Shown: piece after piece, positions 17,940 through 23,510 of the stretch | Layout of the letters: every line of letters begins with the position of its first letter | Numbering within the stretch: the stretch's first letter is position 1 | The notes under the pieces: generated by a model | Seen by the model: the letters and a program-made list of their open reading frames with translations, nothing else | What the model was told of the DNA's origin: nothing | Databases searched by the model: none | Source: an uncultured Gemmatimonadota bacterium | GTDB lineage: Bacteria; SM23-81 | Direction of reading: 5' to 3' | DNA length: 23,510 nucleotides | NCBI GenBank assembly: GCA_964584035.1 | Contig: CAZOYL010000026.1 | Location: 1,239 to 24,748, forward strand | Translations under genes and position numbers: made by a program

Positions 17940-18968
17940 TTATGGCTCTTCCGGAATATCTATCTCGGTCGACAATTGATAGCGTTCCACACGGTGATTG
18001 CCGCTGTCGGCGATGTACAGCATGAGGTCCTCATCCACGGCGATGCCGGCCGGAAACAGGAACTGGCCGCCGGCCGATCCGCTGTCGCCGAAGGCGATCT
18101 TCAGCACACCGCCGGAGGAAAATTTCTGAATCCGGTGGTTGCCGGTGTCGGCCACGTAGATATATCCCTCGGCGTCCACGGCCACGTCCTGGGGACGCAG
18201 AAACTCCTTCAGGGAATCTCCCTCCAGCCCGAAGTAGACGTCCGGCCGGTATCCGTCGCCCGAGGGCCTCAGCTTCTGAACGTGAAAGCTGCCGCCCTCC
18301 TGGGCAAAAGTGACGTTCAGCGACAGGTCGATGTCGATTCCCCGGGGCAGGTCTACCGTGCCGCCCCCGGAGCCATAGGTGGCCAGGGTGTCGGCCTGGC
18401 TCGTGCTGTCGGTGAAGAGATACTTTAACAGCATCTGGCGGCCGGAGTCGGCCAGGTAGATCCAATTGTCGATATCCACGGCCACGCCGGTGTACCGGGC
18501 TCGCCGGACGGAGAGAAGATCGGGCTTCAGGAAGGTGCCGTCCAGATTATAGACGTTGGAATCGCCTTTGACGGCGTAGATCTTGTTGTCGGGACCCTGG
18601 GCGATGGCCCTGATGTCCTCCAGATCGGGTATCAGGTAACGGCGCTGAACCTGTCCGGCCCGGTCCAGCTGCCAGATACGCAGGCTGTCGGATACGTAGA
18701 TGTTCCCGTCCCAGCCGATGACGATGTCGCGCGGGGATTGGAAATCCTGGCCGTACGGGTGCCGGGCGTTCCACGGCGGATTGATCCGTACGTATGTAGT
18801 GTCACCGGAGCCCCACTGGCCGGTGTCCGTCTCGGTGGGCAGCTCCATCTTCTGGCCGCAGCCGGTCCACGTCAGAGCGGCGCCGGTCAAAGCTGCAAGG
18901 ATGAAAAGAATGACGGCCTGGCGATGAATGACGGCGGAATGATGCCGGTGTGCGGTCCACTGGCTCAT
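17940..18968 (-). CDS. NHL-repeat beta-propeller lipoprotein
   Basis: Hydrophobic signal ending in a lipobox-like WTG/C, and NHL repeats (F..P.D.AVD.EG.IYVADTGNHRIQKF; P.GIAVD....LYIADSGNHRV). Start placed at ATG 18968 because the track's longer start overlaps the upstream gene. Confidence 0.88.
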   Translation of the reverse strand: MSQWTAHRHHSAVIHRQAVILFILAALTGAALTWTGCGQKMELPTETDTGQWGSGDTTYVRINPPWNARHPYGQDFQSPRDIVIGWDGNIYVSDSLRIWQLDRAGQVQRRYLIPDLEDIRAIAQGPDNKIYAVKGDSNVYNLDGTFLKPDLLSVRRARYTGVAVDIDNWIYLADSGRQMLLKYLFTDSTSQADTLATYGSGGGTVDLPRGIDIDLSLNVTFAQEGGSFHVQKLRPSGDGYRPDVYFGLEGDSLKEFLRPQDVAVDAEGYIYVADTGNHRIQKFSSGGVLKIAFGDSGSAGGQFLFPAGIAVDEDLMLYIADSGNHRVERYQLSTEIDIPEEP

Positions 18969-19024
18969 GGTGAAGATCTCGTTTCGAAAGGTTCGTTTTG
19001 AGGTCGAATTTTGAAAACGCCTTA

Positions 19025-20059
19025 TTACAGGCCGAACTCGAATGAGAAACGATGGGCGGCATCGAGCAGCCCGAAGTCCGTGTAGGCATAATCGATGCGC
19101 ATCCAGGACGCCCATACCGGCACTTGCCAGCCGGCGCCCAGGGTGTAGCGTTCCTCGTTATAATTGAATTTATAGCCCAGCCGGGCGCTGAAGGTGTTCC
19201 ACAGCCGGTATTCCAATCCCAGGGAGGCGTTCTCGGCGTTGTCTACCGGGTGATTCATGGCGAAACAGCAGGTCAGGCGGTGATCGTCCCGGTCCATGAT
19301 CTCCATGGCCGTGCCCAGCCGAAAGACGGTGGGCGGTGCGAAGGCCTCATAGCGGCGCTCGCCCCATACGCCCCGTTCGTCGTAGCCCGGGTAGGTTCCG
19401 TCGGGCCGCAGGTTGGTGCCGAAATTGGACAGGTTGGCGGCGATGCGCAGGCTCCGGAAGCCGGTCCGGTACAAGGTGCCCATATCCACCACCATGCCCC
19501 GGGTGGTCAGCTCGGCCAGGTCCTCCTGAATGTATTTCAGGTTGATTCCGAAGGAGAAGCGGTCGGTTAGCTGCCGGGCGTAAGTTACGGCTCCCAGAAA
19601 ATCGCCGAAGGAAAAATATTCTCCGGTTCCGTGGGGGCGGTACTCGGTGGTCACCTCCATATCGTCCATGTGCAGGGAGGCGAAACTCAGACCGAGGGTT
19701 CCCCAGGAGCCCATCTGCTGGACCACTCCGACGAATTCGTACTCGATCTCGGCCGGCCAGCGCGTGTGGCTAAAGTGCATCTGCGTGCCCGTCAGGGTGG
19801 CTGCTCCGGCCGGATTCCAGTACAGCGCGGAGGCGTCGTCGGCGATGGCCACGAAGGCCTCGCCCATGGCCGTGGCCCGGGCACCCACGCCGATCTTCAA
19901 GAACTGCGCCGATGAGGTGCCGGCCCGCTGGCCGCCCATGCTGGCGAAGGGCTGCCATCCGACTGCGGTTCCGGCCGGCAGAAGCATCATGGCCGAAATG
20001 AAGGCGATCGCCGTGATCACGGTCGAAATGGCCTTGGTGTGCCTGGTGAGTTTGGTCAT
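19025..20059 (-). CDS. PorV/PorQ-family outer-membrane beta-barrel protein (UPF0164-like)
   Basis: Signal peptide, FLKIGVGARA.AMGEAF.A.ADDASALYWNPAG signature, alternating beta-strand pattern and C-terminal HRFSFEFGL. Confidence 0.9.
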   Translation of the reverse strand: MTKLTRHTKAISTVITAIAFISAMMLLPAGTAVGWQPFASMGGQRAGTSSAQFLKIGVGARATAMGEAFVAIADDASALYWNPAGAATLTGTQMHFSHTRWPAEIEYEFVGVVQQMGSWGTLGLSFASLHMDDMEVTTEYRPHGTGEYFSFGDFLGAVTYARQLTDRFSFGINLKYIQEDLAELTTRGMVVDMGTLYRTGFRSLRIAANLSNFGTNLRPDGTYPGYDERGVWGERRYEAFAPPTVFRLGTAMEIMDRDDHRLTCCFAMNHPVDNAENASLGLEYRLWNTFSARLGYKFNYNEERYTLGAGWQVPVWASWMRIDYAYTDFGLLDAAHRFSFEFGL

Positions 20060-20068
20060 CGGTCGCTC

Positions 20069-22810
20069 CTACCAGCTGAAAGACAGGCCCAGGCGAAAAT
20101 TTCTGGGTTCCCGGTAGCGCGCCGGGTTCCAGGGGGGCAGGTCATCGGGATCGTTGGCCCAGCTGATCGGGATGGCATCGCCCTGTTCCCAGGCCCGGCC
20201 GGTGAGGGGATTGATGTACCGTGAGTTCTTATTATTGAGAATGTTCTTCCCCTCCAGGAACAGGGTCGTCCACAGGGAAGCGAAACGAAAATCCTTTTCC
20301 ACCTTCAGGTCCAGCCATTGCCAGTATTGACCCACCTCCGCGTTACGCTCCCCGTAATCATCATAGGGCTGCTGGCCGGCATCGTACCTTCGTGTCACGG
20401 GACGATACCGTTTACCCGACTGAGCCTGATAACGGAGATTGACGGCCCAGTTATCGGGCAGTCTCAGCCATCCCAGGGGGCGGTAGTGATCGTTCTCTCC
20501 GGCATGGATGGTGAGATTCAGGGAGAAATGGAACGGCCGGTCCCAGTTGAGGAAGTCCTCTTTCAGGGTTTTCTCCCGGAGCCGGCCGGCGGCCACCAGC
20601 AGGGCGTCATCCGGGGTGGAGCTTTTCCCGGTGGCCATGGAGTAGGCGAAGCTGGCCGTCCCCGACCACAGGCGGCCGCCCCGCTGTTTGAGCTCGATCT
20701 CCACGCCCCGGGCGCGGGCGAAGTCCATGTTGAAGTACATCAGGTAACTGATGTTGCCCAGGCGGGGATTGTCGGCCTCCACGCTGATCGAGGTGGGGTA
20801 GTCGAAGATATCCTTGTAGAAGGCGGTCAATCCGATCATCCGGTTTTCGTTGAACTTATGCTTGATGCCCATCTCGTAGGCCACGGTTACGGTGGAGTTC
20901 AGGTTGGGATTGCCGAACAGCTGATAGGTGCTCATCGAATGAGAGGTCAGCTTGGCATAGATGTATTGGTACTTGGGGAGCTGCGAGAAGTGACCGTAGG
21001 AAAGAAACAGCATGTCGTTATCAGAGATAGGGTGGGAGATGCCCAGCCGCGGGCTGAGATGTCCCTTGCCGCGGCGGCCGAACAACTCGAAAGTCTCCTC
21101 CTTGAACTTTGCCCGGGCCGCGTCGGAGATGGTCACCGTCTCCGGATCGTCGATGGCATCCTCGACGTATGTCCCGGGGAACCAGTAATCGTAGCGCATC
21201 CCCACGTTGACGATCATGCCCTCGTAAGTGATCTTGTCCTGAAGGTAGAACGATCCGTTGTAGGGATAGACCCGATAGAAATCGTGGTTCAGGCCCAGTC
21301 CGGTTTCGCCCAGCCAGGGTTTGTAGATGTCGACCAGCTGCATCTCGGTATAGCTCTGCTCGCTGCCGAGCTTGATCTGATGACGCTGGGAGATCTGGCT
21401 GGTCAGGTCCCCCTTGAAGGTGTAAGTTTCCACATAATGATCGTGCCAGTAAGGCGCGTCGCCCCAGTCCCAGAACCCGTCGCCCACGTCCACCTGTCCG
21501 CTGGAGTCCACGGTGACCGGCTGCTGATCGTCGGTCATGATATACTCGGACCAGTGTTTTCCGGCCACGTCATAATGCAGGCCGGTGAAGAAGCGGCTCA
21601 TCACCGTCTCGTAGAAGGTCGTCGGGCTGAGGGTGTGCGTCCAGCTGAGGTTCGTGGTGATGGCTTCCTGAGTGTAGGTGTTGAATTGATCCAGGATCTG
21701 GCTGTAGCTGAAAGGAAATCCGCCGTACTCGGAGAAGTAACCCTGATTGATCTTTAACGAGCGGCTGTAGCTGAAGGACAATTTATGGGTGGGATCGATC
21801 TTCCAGGTCAGTTTACTCAGGCCAGACCAGTCGTTCTCCTCCCGGGGGCAGTAACGGGTGCCGCCGTATTGGGACGAGAACAGCCGGTCGGCCCGGGGCA
21901 GGTAGGTATCGGACAGAAATCCGTATCCATTTATCATGAAAGTGACATCGCCGGGCAGGAACCAGGACAGAAGTGGCTCCGGTCCGTGAAGGTTGAACTC
22001 CATCACATCGGTATTGAAGTAGTTCAGGCCCAGAAGGTGATCGCTCTTGACCGTGGCGCTGCCATGCAGACTGGAGCCGCCCTCGCGGGTCTTGATCTGG
22101 ACTACCCCGGACATGGCCTGACCGTATTCGGCGTTGAATCCGCCGGTGATGACCTCGACCTCGGCCACGGCGTCGGCGCTGACATGGAGGCCGTAGGCAT
22201 CGCCCGAGAGAGGATCGCGGATGGCCACGCCGTCCACCAGGAACAGGCTCTCATGGGACCGCCCGCCCCGGATGTGCAGGGCGCCATCCTCCTCCACCAC
22301 ACCCAGCTGCTGTCCGACGACGTCGCCGATGTCCTCCACCACCGAGGTCTGGATCTCATCGGCCGAGATGCTCCGGGAGGAGGAGGTGATATCCACCTCC
22401 ATGAGGGGTTTTTCGCCGATGACGGTGATCTCCTGCCCCAAAGCCAGGGTGGTGGGCTCAAGGGTGAAATGCACCGTGGTGACCTCCCCGGCCCGGATCT
22501 TGATGCCCGTTTTCTGCACCACGGTGTACCCGATCATGGAGACCTCGAAGGTGACGTCGCCGGTGGGCAGCTCGGGGATGAAATAGCGTCCCTGCTCATC
22601 GGTGGCGGCCCCGTAGTAGGTTCCCTTGACCACGATGTTCACTCCCGGAAGGGGGGCTTTTCCATCGGCGTCGGTGACCACGCCCATGGCGCTGCCGGTC
22701 TCCTTGGCCAGGCACCGGGCCGCGGGGAAGGCGGTCAGGAGGGCCAGCATGATCAGAAAGGCGATCAATCGTTTTTCAGGGCATGACGGCTGCATGCGTT
22801 CTATCTCCAT
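20069..22810 (-). CDS. TonB-dependent receptor with an N-terminal carboxypeptidase-regulatory-like domain
   Basis: G.VTDA....PLPGVNIVVKGT..GAATD..GRYFI domain, plug (HIRGGR..E....VDG, ITGGFNAEYGQAMSGVV), SPRLGISHP, GNPNL, and C-terminal PR.FRLGLSFSW. Confidence 0.95.
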   Translation of the reverse strand: MEIERMQPSCPEKRLIAFLIMLALLTAFPAARCLAKETGSAMGVVTDADGKAPLPGVNIVVKGTYYGAATDEQGRYFIPELPTGDVTFEVSMIGYTVVQKTGIKIRAGEVTTVHFTLEPTTLALGQEITVIGEKPLMEVDITSSSRSISADEIQTSVVEDIGDVVGQQLGVVEEDGALHIRGGRSHESLFLVDGVAIRDPLSGDAYGLHVSADAVAEVEVITGGFNAEYGQAMSGVVQIKTREGGSSLHGSATVKSDHLLGLNYFNTDVMEFNLHGPEPLLSWFLPGDVTFMINGYGFLSDTYLPRADRLFSSQYGGTRYCPREENDWSGLSKLTWKIDPTHKLSFSYSRSLKINQGYFSEYGGFPFSYSQILDQFNTYTQEAITTNLSWTHTLSPTTFYETVMSRFFTGLHYDVAGKHWSEYIMTDDQQPVTVDSSGQVDVGDGFWDWGDAPYWHDHYVETYTFKGDLTSQISQRHQIKLGSEQSYTEMQLVDIYKPWLGETGLGLNHDFYRVYPYNGSFYLQDKITYEGMIVNVGMRYDYWFPGTYVEDAIDDPETVTISDAARAKFKEETFELFGRRGKGHLSPRLGISHPISDNDMLFLSYGHFSQLPKYQYIYAKLTSHSMSTYQLFGNPNLNSTVTVAYEMGIKHKFNENRMIGLTAFYKDIFDYPTSISVEADNPRLGNISYLMYFNMDFARARGVEIELKQRGGRLWSGTASFAYSMATGKSSTPDDALLVAAGRLREKTLKEDFLNWDRPFHFSLNLTIHAGENDHYRPLGWLRLPDNWAVNLRYQAQSGKRYRPVTRRYDAGQQPYDDYGERNAEVGQYWQWLDLKVEKDFRFASLWTTLFLEGKNILNNKNSRYINPLTGRAWEQGDAIPISWANDPDDLPPWNPARYREPRNFRLGLSFSW

Positions 22811-22849
22811 ACCACGGCGTAAAAGGCATAGGAATAACGAGGCATCGGT

Positions 22850-23509
22850 TTACTGGCCGAACTCCATGGTGAGGATATGCTCCAGCAAATCCCCGGCCGT
22901 GCCCAGGCCGTCGCACCAGTGAAGCTGAAGGTCCAGAAAGATCAGCGAGGCCGGCTCTCCGGCGGGATAGCGCAGTCCCACCACCGGTTCGGTGCCGTGC
23001 AGCAGGCGGTACAGGGGCTCGGCTTCTTCATCGGGGATGAAGCCGAAACCCACCTCGGTGGTGTGTGAGATGTACCGATTGGCCTCGATATCCGGATATC
23101 CCTCGTCGGGAAAGAGCGCCGCAATGGTGTCGCCGATGTCGATCTCGTCCACCTCGTTGGTAATGCTGTCGATGTGAGCGAAGGTGAACGGAGGATTGTC
23201 ATAATCGCCCTCACCCAGATCGGTGGTGATCATCAGCATGTGGCCGGTGAGAATATAGCTGGTGATGCTGCTGGAGGCCCGCAGCAGGTATGAGTCCCGG
23301 TCGCCGTTCCAGATGACCACGTCAAATAACTGCATGGTCTTGGTGATGTCTAATTTGGAGAAGGGCAGCTGATAGTTTTCTTCGAAGATCCAGGTGGAGT
23401 ATCCCTGATCTCCGAACAGGCGTTCCAGCTCCCCGGTATAGAAGTTCCGGGCGTCGTTGAACCACTCGGCCCACTTGTTGTTGTCGATATAGAGGATGTT
23501 GCCGGTCTT
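22850..23509 (-). CDS. Hypothetical protein, C-terminal part (5' end outside the window)
   Basis: The frame stays open from the window edge (KTGNILYIDNNKWAEWFND...KTMQLFDVVIWNGD...EFGQ-stop), so the track's 161-aa ORF starts at an internal Met. Co-oriented with the TBDR, 39 nt upstream of it. Confidence 0.8.
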   Translation of the reverse strand, partial: KTGNILYIDNNKWAEWFNDARNFYTGELERLFGDQGYSTWIFEENYQLPFSKLDITKTMQLFDVVIWNGDRDSYLLRASSSITSYILTGHMLMITTDLGEGDYDNPPFTFAHIDSITNEVDEIDIGDTIAALFPDEGYPDIEANRYISHTTEVGFGFIPDEEAEPLYRLLHGTEPVVGLRYPAGEPASLIFLDLQLHWCDGLGTAGDLLEHILTMEFGQ

Positions 23510-23510
23510 C

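Noticed and set aside
17904..17940. AT-rich spacer upstream of the GlmU-like gene as a sigma70 promoter (TTGTCA-N16-TATAAC)
   Set aside because: Both hexamers and the spacing are imperfect and it leaves a very short leader. It is plausible but not well enough supported to list as a feature.

Overview
GC-rich bacterial chromosomal window with no rRNA, tRNA, CRISPR array or mobile element that I can support. The TonB-dependent receptor, PorV/PorQ-like barrel, NHL lipoprotein and Bacteroidota-type GlmU-like gene suggest an anaerobic FCB-group lineage such as KSB1, Latescibacterota or Zixibacteria (inference). The + strand (1-4399) carries a proline-dehydrogenase/sarcosine-oxidase-like Fe-S flavoprotein operon with ligA embedded in it, followed by a HAD hydrolase. 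The - strand carries, in transcription order: partial hypothetical gene, TBDR, PorV-like barrel, NHL lipoprotein, GlmU-like gene; a six-gene operon (corrinoid protein, methyl-THF:corrinoid methyltransferase, homocysteine-methyltransferase-like domain, class II aldolase-like protein, archaeal-type ThyA, GlcD-like FAD protein); an ECF sigma / ZAS anti-sigma / secreted VIT-vWA module; a sigma54-preceded (alpha/alpha)-barrel protein; and a LiaF-like membrane protein. The most notable signal is the six-gene operon. Its B12 carrier, methyl-THF methyltransferase and ThyA keep their catalytic motifs, while the other three genes are full-length ORFs that have lost their metal or catalytic ligands. This could be a repurposed cobalamin-dependent C1 system linked to thymidylate synthesis (hypothesis). 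A shared putative ECF promoter motif and a consensus sigma54 promoter are also visible in the DNA. All family calls rest on recognising motifs by eye; no database searches were run.
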